Shown: one piece after another, positions 27,033-36,050 of the stretch
Layout of the letters: each line of letters begins with the position of its first letter
Position numbering within the stretch: position 1 is the stretch's first letter
Assembly (NCBI GenBank): GCA_964591795.1
Contig: CAZQEL010000001.1
Span: forward strand, 12,189-76,188
Direction of reading: 5' to 3'
From: an uncultured archaeon
Lineage (GTDB): Archaea > Iainarchaeota > Iainarchaeia > Iainarchaeales > CSSED10-239
DNA length: 64,000 nucleotides
Made by a program: the position numbers and the translations under genes
The notes under the pieces: generated by a model
Seen by the model: the letters and a program-made list of their open reading frames with translations, nothing else
The model's database searches: none
What the model was told of the DNA's origin: nothing

Positions 27033-28304
27033 TTAAGAAGAAGGATTAACCATTCTTCCTAAAAATAAAATTTCATTAGTTTCATTTTCTTGAATTATGA
27101 AAATAAAAGGATGATCTGCATTGAAAATAATATTAGCTACTGGATTAGGCATAGATTTAGCTATCATTATAACAGCAGTAGCTGCTGCAGCTTCTGTTCC
27201 TTTTTCATCAACTGAAACAAATGCTTGGTGAATAACTTTAGATATCATTAACCTTGTATCTCCATTCATTTTTGAAAAATCAGCAGCAGAACGTGAAAAT
27301 GCAGTAGGCATACCCATATCACTCAAATTATTCTGCAAGTAATATCTAGTATCAAATTTAAATTTAGGTAAATTTATTTTAGAAACTTCTTTTTGAGTCA
27401 TACTTTTTTTCCATTCATTTAGTTTTGCATAACTTAAAACTTTTTCTAATGAACTAACATTGTCTTTAGGTAAAAGAACTAACATTGAAAGTTCATTATC
27501 TTTATATGGTAATTCTATTATTTGAAGTAAATCATTTTCAAAATAATTAAATTTTTTATCCTCTGGAGACATAATCATAGTTGGAATTTTAATAATATTG
27601 TTAGAATTAACTTTAAAATTTAAATCCATTGTATCTTTTTTATCAAATTGATATTTCCAATCTCCTTTAAAATAAATGGCATTTGTTAAAACTAATTTTG
27701 TATCATCTGTAAGATCATTTTGTTCTAAAAGATCGTTTATTTTATTATCTGTTTGCTGAAAAATAAAATCATTAATTGTAAGTCTTGATTTTTCAAGTTC
27801 ATTAATAAAATCTAAATTAACTGCTTTACCACCATAATATTTTTCAATTAAATTAAAATATTCTGGTAAAAAAGAAAATTCTTTTTGAGCCCATAAAGCA
27901 TTTCCTGTTCTTAATTCATAAGATTTTTCTTTTTTATTTATTATATTATATATAGCAGCAGAATTAGGTCTTAAAATATTGTTTTCTGGAAAATAAAATA
28001 CATTTTTCATTTCCTCTGCAGTAGCTCCATTTGCACCTTCATAAGTCATTGCAAGCGCACTATAAATACTATATGGTGAAAAAAATAAATTTTCAGTATT
28101 TGTTTTACTTAAATCAAAATACATATCCATTGCAAATTGATTATTTGCATTTGAAACTTCTTGGATACCTTCTAAAGTATACCCACTATCATTTACTTCT
28201 GGTGGACTTACAGGATCATATGGAAAAACAAATAATGCAATACCTGCACTTACAATTCCAATAAATACAAAAACAAATAAAATTGACAACCATTTTTTAT
28301 TCAT
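27033..28304 (-). CDS. Membrane-anchored serpin, copy 2. A tandem paralogue of copy 1.
   Basis: Near-identical N-terminal half to copy 1. Hinge ...VDEKGTEAAAATAVIMIAKSMPNPVANII... and signature FNADHPFIFIIQENETNEILFLGRMVNP. The 3' ends and flanks are near-identical at the DNA level (attaagaagaaggattaac...). Confidence 0.85.
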   Translation of the reverse strand: MNKKWLSILFVFVFIGIVSAGIALFVFPYDPVSPPEVNDSGYTLEGIQEVSNANNQFAMDMYFDLSKTNTENLFFSPYSIYSALAMTYEGANGATAEEMKNVFYFPENNILRPNSAAIYNIINKKEKSYELRTGNALWAQKEFSFLPEYFNLIEKYYGGKAVNLDFINELEKSRLTINDFIFQQTDNKINDLLEQNDLTDDTKLVLTNAIYFKGDWKYQFDKKDTMDLNFKVNSNNIIKIPTMIMSPEDKKFNYFENDLLQIIELPYKDNELSMLVLLPKDNVSSLEKVLSYAKLNEWKKSMTQKEVSKINLPKFKFDTRYYLQNNLSDMGMPTAFSRSAADFSKMNGDTRLMISKVIHQAFVSVDEKGTEAAAATAVIMIAKSMPNPVANIIFNADHPFIFIIQENETNEILFLGRMVNPSS

Positions 28305-28457
28305 ATATTAAAAACCTCTTTTAATTATAATTTAAACTATATATATGAATTACAATAAAGTTTATAAACAGAAATAAATAGTTAGGTTTTTAACTAACTT
28401 AAGAAAAAGAGATTATAATTTAAAAAAAATAAAAAAATAAAAAAAGAAAAGAAAGAT

Positions 28458-28727
28458 TTATAATCTTCCTTTAAATTCTTTACCAACTTTGAATGAAACT
28501 GTTTTACTTGCAGAAATTTTCATAGCTTTTCCAGTTTGAGGATTTCTACCCATTCTAGCAGCTCTCTTCTTAACTTTGAAAGTACCAAAACCAACTAATT
28601 GTAATTTACCTTCTTTTTTAACAATTACTTTCATAGCTTCTAAAGTTGTATTAATAAACTCTTCTGCTTTTGCTTTTGAGAAATCTGTTTTTTTAACAAC
28701 AGCTTCAACTAATGTTTTTTTATTCAT
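28458..28727 (-). CDS. hup: Bacterial-type DNA-binding protein HU (HU/IHF family).
   Basis: MNKKTLVEAVVKK...GKLQLVGFGTFKVKKRAARMGRNPQTGKAMKISASKTVSFKVGKEFK aligns almost position-for-position with Bacillus HU (MNKTELINAVAE...[45 protein letters not shown]). Confidence 0.9.
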   Translation of the reverse strand: MNKKTLVEAVVKKTDFSKAKAEEFINTTLEAMKVIVKKEGKLQLVGFGTFKVKKRAARMGRNPQTGKAMKISASKTVSFKVGKEFKGRL

Positions 28728-28854
28728 TTATTCACTCCCCTTTTTTCTATAAAAAATATAGATTATTAAATTATTATATATAGTAAAGCTTTTTAAATAG
28801 ATGTGTTTTAATCCCTATTTATAGGGCATCTAAGGAGTATTTATGGAAAAATAG

Positions 28855-28928
28855 CAGATCTATTGGGATTTGAACCCAAGTTTTAGGCTCCGCAAGCCTA
28901 CGTACTATCCAGGCTATACTATAGATCT
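28855..28928 (-). tRNA. tRNA-Arg (anticodon GCG).
   Basis: Reverse complement AGAUCUAUAGUAUAGCCUGGAUAGUACGUAGGCUUGCGGAGCCUAAAACUUGGGUUCAAAUCCCAAUAGAUCUG. Perfect 7-bp acceptor stem, anticodon stem UAGGC/GCCUA with loop UUGCGGA, T-arm UUGGG-UUCAAAU-CCCAA. Confidence 0.85.
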
Positions 28929-28938
28929 TTTAAAATAA

Positions 28939-29292
28939 TTATTTTTTTCCGCCTTTACGAGAAATTGTAGAGGTTCCCCAAAAGAAAACAGATACAAGAC
29001 CAAAGCCTAAAAATAAATATCCCATCATAATAGCACTAGTTAAAAATAAATATTTATAAACTAAAAAATAAGCTAAAATACCAGTTACAATAAAAGTAAG
29101 AATATTTTTTTCTCCAAAAGCTTGAGAGGCATTTTCATAAATAAAGAAAACAATTAAAGCCATAATAATATATTTTACCCAAGGAAAAATCACCATAAAT
29201 CCAGGTACAATTAATATAGCTACAACTGAAACAATTAATATTTTTACAAGTAATGGAACTGCTCCAAAAACGCCACCTTTATTATTAAGCAT
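28939..29292 (-). CDS. Small polytopic membrane protein (117 aa, ~4 TM).
   Basis: Hydrophobic profile. Last gene of the co-directional surface-protein cluster. Confidence 0.5.
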   Translation of the reverse strand: MLNNKGGVFGAVPLLVKILIVSVVAILIVPGFMVIFPWVKYIIMALIVFFIYENASQAFGEKNILTFIVTGILAYFLVYKYLFLTSAIMMGYLFLGFGLVSVFFWGTSTISRKGGKK

Positions 29293-29295
29293 AAA

Positions 29296-29667
29296 TTATC
29301 TACCTGGAGGTTTCCCACCCATTCTTTTAACTAAATGATTTCTAGCTGCATGTTCTGTTGCTCCTGGAGTACCATGAGTATCCATTTTTTTACCCATCAT
29401 TTCTTCAGCTGAACCACCAGCACTAATAAAGAAGAAATCAACAAATATTCCAGCTACACCCACTGACAATAAAATATATAATATATATCCAGTTTTAAAA
29501 ATAGGCCAAAATAAAAAGATCATAACAATAACACCAATACTAATCATTACTAATGCAAGTGTATTATGAGTAACTCTTCTTTTGATAAAAGCTATGATTG
29601 TAAGTATTAAAAATAATTGTAAGATAAAATCAAAATCTTGAAAAAAATTTAAATATATATTTAACAT
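29296..29667 (-). CDS. Small membrane protein (123 aa, ~3 TM) with a charged C-terminal tail.
   Basis: Hydrophobic profile. 3-nt gap to the next gene. Confidence 0.5.
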   Translation of the reverse strand: MLNIYLNFFQDFDFILQLFLILTIIAFIKRRVTHNTLALVMISIGVIVMIFLFWPIFKTGYILYILLSVGVAGIFVDFFFISAGGSAEEMMGKKMDTHGTPGATEHAARNHLVKRMGGKPPGR

Positions 29668-29691
29668 TTTTATTTTTCCTTTATTATTAAT

Positions 29692-32600
29692 TTAAGTATT
29701 ATTTATAACTGGACAAATATAATCACTAGGAATATTAGAAATTATAATGTCAAGTTCATTTTGTGTAAAATTAACTTCACTATCAACCCATTTAATATAT
29801 GTTCTTTGAGGTGATTTATGAATACATGCTTTTTCATTTTTTACAAATTCAAAAATTCCTTTAATTGTTTTTAAATTATTCAAATTATTTCCTAAATTAT
29901 GATCCGAATTTTTAAACGTAATATCTTCAACATTACCAATTAAATTTGATTTAGAAAATATTTTTGTAAAATCACTATTAGATAACTGAGAAGTTTTAAA
30001 TTTAAATTGACTTAAGTCTAAATCAGTAGGTATATATAACATAGTAGTTAAACTTATATTATTATCTGTAACTGTACTTGTGTCTAATATATATCTACCA
30101 ATATCATCACTAGAATATAAATTATCAATAAATACAATATCATTACTAGTCCATTTTAAAAAGTTAGAACCAATTAATGGATCTAAAGAATTGTCACCAC
30201 TATGTAATAAATTATAAGATAACTTACTATTAAGTAAACATGCAGCATATGAATATAATGGAATTGGATATGATAAACTATATGTCATTTGAAGTTGTCC
30301 ATCATTAAATTTTTTTAAATCTAATATATATCCTTCTGAATCAATAATATTATTTAAATTACCTAGACTATTATAATTATTTATTGCTAAAGTATTAATT
30401 GGGTTATTAACTAAAGAATAATTTAAATCTACAATTGAATCAGATCTTATTTGAATTATAGGGTCATAATTATTTGTTTGTATACCATATCCATCTCTAG
30501 TTCCATTTTGATTTAATCTTCCGTCAAATGGCATATAATGAAAAGCACTAAGTTCTGATGAACTTAAGTTTTTTACAAATAATAATTGAATATCAATCTT
30601 AGTATCATCCATAGAATTTTGATAATAATCATTATCATTACCATAAACATCAACCTTATATATTCCAGGCATAAATGTTTTTTGAGTACTATTATTATCA
30701 AAAGTAATTTTTAAGTCACCATCATTAACTGAACTTTCTGTAAATAAATTTGAATTATTAGGTTTAGAAAATTTTGAAAATTGACTAAAAGCATCATTAT
30801 CTCTATAATCTATAAAATCTTTTAAAAGATTGTCAGAAATTCCATCATTCATTAATTTAATATAAAATGGACCTTCAACACAATTTTGAATTTTATAAAA
30901 TATAGATATTAGCATCTGTAAAGAATCACAAGCATATTTTTCATACATTTCAGAAACATTATTACCAATACATTTATTAGTCCAACCTCCTTCTTCATAT
31001 TCTTCACCCCAATTAAAAAACACTTTAGGCAAATACTCTAACCCAGTTTTACAAGAATCGGTTTGATCTTGACAATAACCTAAAATAAACATATCAGTGC
31101 CATCATTTTGACCACCAACACCTATACAATAATCAAAATCAATGGTGCTCTGAGTTATTTCTGGGTCTAATTTAAAAATGGTATAATCAGCAAGAACATT
31201 CTTATTAAAGTCAGAATTAAGAATATCTAAAACTTTAAAGTTAAATAAAGTATTTTCAATTCCTGTTGTTTCATCTAAGGATAAATCACTAAAATTAGAA
31301 TTATATGTTACAGAACGTGTTATATCTGTAGTTATTAAAGATAACTCTGAAGATAAATTATTAACTGATAAATTTTCATCAATAGGATTTAAGGATACTG
31401 GAGTTAAAAGTTTAACTTTATATAAATTTAAATTATTATTAAAACTATATATTTTAGATTGACTACATTCATCTTGAGAAATACAAAATATTTCTACTGA
31501 ATTCCAAGTAATATGTGATATATTAACTATTGATTCACTATTATAAGCCTTAACATTAAATGTTTGTGTAAAATTTACATCATTACCATTAAGTAAAATA
31601 TTAAATGTTAAAACAATTGCTGAGTTGTTTGTAGGATAGTCACCAGTATATGCATCATTAAACTTAAAATTAATTGGAATTAACACTGATGACAAAATAT
31701 TTTGATTATTTAAATTAATAGAATCATTAAATACACTATTATCAATAAACAAAGGTAAACTATCTACTATAATATTTTTTAAAACAGCATTAACATCTGA
31801 AGATAAATTATAATCTATAACAATACTAGGGTTGATATCTTTTATAATTTCAATATCATAAACTTCATTTTCATCAGAATATCTAACACCTTTATTTGGA
31901 TTAGGATAACTAGCACTATAATTTATAGAACCTAAATTTTGAACAACAATATTTGAGTTTACATCAAGTAACAAAGTAGTATCATCATTAAACTTTAAAT
32001 GATTTGTATAACTTTCATTAATATCAACACCAGTACTAATATCATCATTTAAAACTAAACTAGTCAAAACAAGAGTTTGAACTTGATTTATATCCTTAGG
32101 TAAATCATTAACAGTAAAAAGATTAGATTTAATTTGATTTACATCAAATACACTAGATGCTCCTGTGAATGTAAGATCATTTAAATTTGCAACAACAGTT
32201 GATTGCTTTAAAATATTATAATTTTCAAGATTAACATCTCCAAAAATAATTGAATCATTTAATCTATAAAAATATGTAGAAAGATTAATATTATTTTCTA
32301 AAATTGAATATCCAGATTCAATAGTTTTTGATCTTACAACAGTATTGTTTATAAAACCAGCTTCTGGAGTAAAAATAAAATAAAAATTAATTTTTTTAGA
32401 CATATCTTCAACAGGAAGATAAATATTTTGATCAGTTAACAATCCTTGTGCATCCGTATCACCTAAAGAGATTGCTTCTCCACCAGTTACTTGATATTTA
32501 ATTAAAATATTTTCAATTGGTGCATTATAATTATCAACAACTTTAAATGAAACATTATTTTGTCCAATAAATATATCATTATTTAAATTACTAGTAATTT

Positions 32601-35600
32601 CAAACACAAAATTAACATCTGAATAATATGAATATAATGAAGTATTAATTATAGGGAAATTGTTTAAAATATCTGTTGATAGGACAGGTTCTGAATATGC
32701 TGTATTTTCAAAAAAACCAGTTGGCTTAAATATTGTATAAGTATTAATGTTATAACCTCTGTTTGCATCTATTAAATTTATTGAATAATTATAATCATTA
32801 ATAACTGTTTGATAATAAACAATAGGATCCATATTACCATCAGGATCTCCTGAATCTAATAAATAACCATAGCTTGCATATTCTAAATTATTATTTGTAT
32901 AACTTGAAGTTTGATCAATACTACCTTGTCTTAATAAATTTTTCAAATATAAATAATAAATATCATATTTATAATTTGTTTCAATAGATACTGAATAACC
33001 ATCTACATATGGAGTTAGTACAGTACCATTAAAATCTTTAATTTTCTTTGAATATATATAATCTAAATTATTAAATGGAATTTGATATTTATTTGTTTTT
33101 GAATAGAAATAACCATCAGGATAAATTGGAACTTCATTCCAAGAGATAGATTGAATTGGATCAAAATTATATATTTCACCATATTTTGTAGCCAAAGATC
33201 TATAACTTAGTTTGTAAAAATCAGTGGGTGCAACAGGAGCCTCTTTAAATTTAATATTTGCAGAAAATTCTAAAACATTTGGAGAAAGATCCATTACATT
33301 AACTTCAAACCATTTATATTTATTTCCATTATAATCATAACCTTGATCAGTAGTATAATTTTGATTAAATAAAGTTATATTAAAATCAGGAATATGCTCT
33401 CCAGAAAATTTATATCCTCTATCAATTTGAATTTCATCTGATAATATATCATCAGAAACAAAATAAATATAATCGTCATCTATAAATATTTCATTTCCTG
33501 CTCTTAAGTGTAAATATTTAATTTCAGAATCACTAAAGCATGAAGTGTATTTAAATTTAAGTCTATATTCATCATCAAGCCCATTATTATTATAATCAAT
33601 ATTGGTTACAATTCTAGTTCCTGTTTTATTATATAAGCCAGTTAATTCAAGTTTAGAATCTGAACATGCAACTAAACTAGTTAAAGAAACTTCTTTAAAA
33701 ATTTCTTGATCAGGTACAAGTGTTAAAACTTCTGTTTGATAAGTTGTATATCCTTGTGTACTAATAACAGCATAAACTCTATTTACTCCACCAATAAAAT
33801 AATATTGAATATTTGAATCAACATCAACAGACACATAATCAATTACTGAATTATGCTCAACATCATAGAAATTAATATCAAAATTTATATTTGGAGTTAC
33901 TTTTAAATTTAATATTTTTGGAATATCTTGTAAATTCACAAATAATGGTAAAAAAGCATTAACATCAAGCTCTTCAGTACTTGAAGTTCCTTCTCTATCA
34001 ACAATACCATGTACAGCATAAGCATAATAGTTCTTATGAGCCCTCTGTAGTTCAAAATTAACATCACCAAATTGATTAGTAAATTTAGAAACTGGGTTTG
34101 TAAGTACAAAATTATTATCAACTTCCCTATAAAGATAAACTCTTGCGTTTGAAATATTTTGAATATTATCTTTTACATTAACACCAATTTTTCCAGAATT
34201 CAGTTCTGATGAAAATTCTAAAGGTATAATTATATTTCTATCTAAAGAAGTTACTAAAACTGGATCTGGTTGATTATAACCATTAATTTCAGTATTTATT
34301 ATTCTAACTCTATAATCATAAAAATTAATTACATTAAAAGAATAATAATTTGTATCTTCTGCTATGTATTCAGTAAATACATAACTTTCGTTTGTATCTT
34401 TTAATTTTGATTCAAGAGTAATGTCTCCAAAAACTGGTTCACTAGTATTTGCATCTTTTAAAGTCACAGAAATATAACCAGTAGTACCTAAAATACAAAT
34501 TCCATCGCTATTTATATTTAAGAAAGGTTTTAAATGTTCATTATTACAATCAATAACCCCAGCTACACAAAAGTTAGAATACTTAGGTAAAGTACAATCA
34601 AAGTTAATTAAATCATCTCTTGTAAATAAAACAAAAGAAGTATTAATAGTTTCTTCTTTAAAAACTGTTAAAGGTCCTTTTTTAGGATATGTTAAATATC
34701 CTTCTTTTGTAACAGTTAAAAGATATTGTTTAGGATCAAGAGAAAATTCACCAAGTCCATAAATGTCAGTTTGTTTATTATCAAGAGGTAAAATAAAATT
34801 TGATTGTGAATAATTATAAACAGTTACATCAGAACCTAAAAGAGCATCCCCAGAGATATTTTTCACACTAAAACCTAATTTACCAATATCTGAAGTGATT
34901 CTAGTTAAAACAACTTTATTGTTAGAACCAATTACTTTATTTGTAATTGATGAAAATTTATTTGAAGTTACTGACACTCTTAAACGTCCACATGCAGCAG
35001 GAGTTTTAACTGTAATTCTACCATTAGCTATAAGTGTATTTTTTGGAGTAGGTATTTTTTCATTATTTGTACATGAAAATACAATATTTAATGTTGTATT
35101 TAAAATTAAAATATCATTATTTTCAACAAACATAATTTCTCTTTCTTCTTCTTCACCAACTGGTAAAAGAGGGGAATCAAGATCAATTAAAAGAGTTACA
35201 GTTTGTCTCAAACTATTTTTACTAAGTTTAAATGAATGATTTAAAGTAGTATAATGTTCTTTAGATACAATTAAATTAACATTTTGTTTTTTAGATTTTA
35301 AATCTTTAAATATTGCTTCTCCAAACACATTTGTAGTTAAAAATGAAATGTTTTCATCATTAATTTGGAAAGTTACTAATGCTCCATTTAAAGGAACACC
35401 AGCAGGATCATAAACATCAACACCTATAGTCCAAGATTTTGAAAAAGATAAAGTACCTGATAAAATTAAATATAATAATAATGCTAAAATTAATAAAAAT
35501 AAAATAAAACTAGGAAATACTTTATCAATACGATCTGTTAGTTTATTAACTGGTATAACTTTACTAATTCCATCAATCATTTTATAATAATTATCCTCAA

Positions 35601-36027
35601 AAAAGAAATAACCTTTTTTAAAAAAATTACCTGTCTTTTTAAAAAAACCAACTTTATTAACATTACTTAAATTCTTTTTAATTTCAGTTTTTGGTTTTTC
35701 TTCTTTAACATTTAGTTTATTTGAAGAACTAGTTTTATTAACAAGTTCTTTTTTTAAATTATTTTTAGCAGAATTTGTACTATTAATTGATTTTGACAAT
35801 TCACTTAAAACATACTCTTTTGTATTAGCTAAAGATGCAACTTTTTTTAATGGAAGTTTATTATTTTTAATAATTTTTAAAACAAGATAACCTACGTTAT
35901 CATTATACCCTTGTAACTTTATTGTTTCTTTAATTTCTTTTTCAGTAAAATTCATTGTTTTGTCTGATAGTAGACTATAAAGCTTTTCTGCTTCGATTTT
36001 ATCTTGAGATTTTTTAAACAATGACAT
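29692..36027 (-). CDS. Giant type-II membrane-anchored surface protein (2111 aa). It has a ~170-aa Lys-rich cytoplasmic N-terminus, one TM segment, a long N/S/T-rich beta-sandwich repeat region and the family C-terminal module.
   Basis: TM FPSFILFLLILALLLYLILSG preceded by DRIDKVFPSF. Repeated xxKEGYxxY-type motifs (TVTKEGYLTYPKKGPLTV, ISTQGYTTYQTEVLTL) suggest carboxypeptidase-regulatory or transthyretin-like folds. The C-terminal module shares LPKVFFNWGEE...EKYACDSLQ..., FHYMPFDGRLN...DGYGIQ and ...KACIHKS... with three paralogues. Confidence 0.8.
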   Translation of the reverse strand: MSLFKKSQDKIEAEKLYSLLSDKTMNFTEKEIKETIKLQGYNDNVGYLVLKIIKNNKLPLKKVASLANTKEYVLSELSKSINSTNSAKNNLKKELVNKTSSSNKLNVKEEKPKTEIKKNLSNVNKVGFFKKTGNFFKKGYFFFEDNYYKMIDGISKVIPVNKLTDRIDKVFPSFILFLLILALLLYLILSGTLSFSKSWTIGVDVYDPAGVPLNGALVTFQINDENISFLTTNVFGEAIFKDLKSKKQNVNLIVSKEHYTTLNHSFKLSKNSLRQTVTLLIDLDSPLLPVGEEEEREIMFVENNDILILNTTLNIVFSCTNNEKIPTPKNTLIANGRITVKTPAACGRLRVSVTSNKFSSITNKVIGSNNKVVLTRITSDIGKLGFSVKNISGDALLGSDVTVYNYSQSNFILPLDNKQTDIYGLGEFSLDPKQYLLTVTKEGYLTYPKKGPLTVFKEETINTSFVLFTRDDLINFDCTLPKYSNFCVAGVIDCNNEHLKPFLNINSDGICILGTTGYISVTLKDANTSEPVFGDITLESKLKDTNESYVFTEYIAEDTNYYSFNVINFYDYRVRIINTEINGYNQPDPVLVTSLDRNIIIPLEFSSELNSGKIGVNVKDNIQNISNARVYLYREVDNNFVLTNPVSKFTNQFGDVNFELQRAHKNYYAYAVHGIVDREGTSSTEELDVNAFLPLFVNLQDIPKILNLKVTPNINFDINFYDVEHNSVIDYVSVDVDSNIQYYFIGGVNRVYAVISTQGYTTYQTEVLTLVPDQEIFKEVSLTSLVACSDSKLELTGLYNKTGTRIVTNIDYNNNGLDDEYRLKFKYTSCFSDSEIKYLHLRAGNEIFIDDDYIYFVSDDILSDEIQIDRGYKFSGEHIPDFNITLFNQNYTTDQGYDYNGNKYKWFEVNVMDLSPNVLEFSANIKFKEAPVAPTDFYKLSYRSLATKYGEIYNFDPIQSISWNEVPIYPDGYFYSKTNKYQIPFNNLDYIYSKKIKDFNGTVLTPYVDGYSVSIETNYKYDIYYLYLKNLLRQGSIDQTSSYTNNNLEYASYGYLLDSGDPDGNMDPIVYYQTVINDYNYSINLIDANRGYNINTYTIFKPTGFFENTAYSEPVLSTDILNNFPIINTSLYSYYSDVNFVFEITSNLNNDIFIGQNNVSFKVVDNYNAPIENILIKYQVTGGEAISLGDTDAQGLLTDQNIYLPVEDMSKKINFYFIFTPEAGFINNTVVRSKTIESGYSILENNINLSTYFYRLNDSIIFGDVNLENYNILKQSTVVANLNDLTFTGASSVFDVNQIKSNLFTVNDLPKDINQVQTLVLTSLVLNDDISTGVDINESYTNHLKFNDDTTLLLDVNSNIVVQNLGSINYSASYPNPNKGVRYSDENEVYDIEIIKDINPSIVIDYNLSSDVNAVLKNIIVDSLPLFIDNSVFNDSINLNNQNILSSVLIPINFKFNDAYTGDYPTNNSAIVLTFNILLNGNDVNFTQTFNVKAYNSESIVNISHITWNSVEIFCISQDECSQSKIYSFNNNLNLYKVKLLTPVSLNPIDENLSVNNLSSELSLITTDITRSVTYNSNFSDLSLDETTGIENTLFNFKVLDILNSDFNKNVLADYTIFKLDPEITQSTIDFDYCIGVGGQNDGTDMFILGYCQDQTDSCKTGLEYLPKVFFNWGEEYEEGGWTNKCIGNNVSEMYEKYACDSLQMLISIFYKIQNCVEGPFYIKLMNDGISDNLLKDFIDYRDNDAFSQFSKFSKPNNSNLFTESSVNDGDLKITFDNNSTQKTFMPGIYKVDVYGNDNDYYQNSMDDTKIDIQLLFVKNLSSSELSAFHYMPFDGRLNQNGTRDGYGIQTNNYDPIIQIRSDSIVDLNYSLVNNPINTLAINNYNSLGNLNNIIDSEGYILDLKKFNDGQLQMTYSLSYPIPLYSYAACLLNSKLSYNLLHSGDNSLDPLIGSNFLKWTSNDIVFIDNLYSSDDIGRYILDTSTVTDNNISLTTMLYIPTDLDLSQFKFKTSQLSNSDFTKIFSKSNLIGNVEDITFKNSDHNLGNNLNNLKTIKGIFEFVKNEKACIHKSPQRTYIKWVDSEVNFTQNELDIIISNIPSDYICPVINNT

Positions 36028-36050
36028 AATTTATCTTTTTTTTAATAATT

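Larger units (their letters stand above)
25737..28304 (-). repeat. Tandem direct duplication of ~1.3 kb (the two serpin genes). The 5' halves and 3' ends are highly similar at the nucleotide level. The central and RCL regions have diverged.
   Basis: Seen in sequence: long identical runs such as gcaagcgcactataaatactatatggtgaaaaaaataaattttcagtatttgttttacttaaatcaaaata in both copies. Confidence 0.8.

Noticed and set aside
28031-28264. 77-aa plus-strand ORF antisense to serpin copy 2.
   Set aside because: Shadow ORF. His/Tyr/Leu-rich nonsense translation.
28811-28829. Short palindrome ccctatttataggg ~25 nt downstream of the tRNA-Arg 3' end.
   Set aside because: The 6-bp stem with a 2-nt loop is too small to be a convincing terminator. 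It also contains a TTTATA that could simply be the TATA box of the downstream hup gene. Too ambiguous to call.
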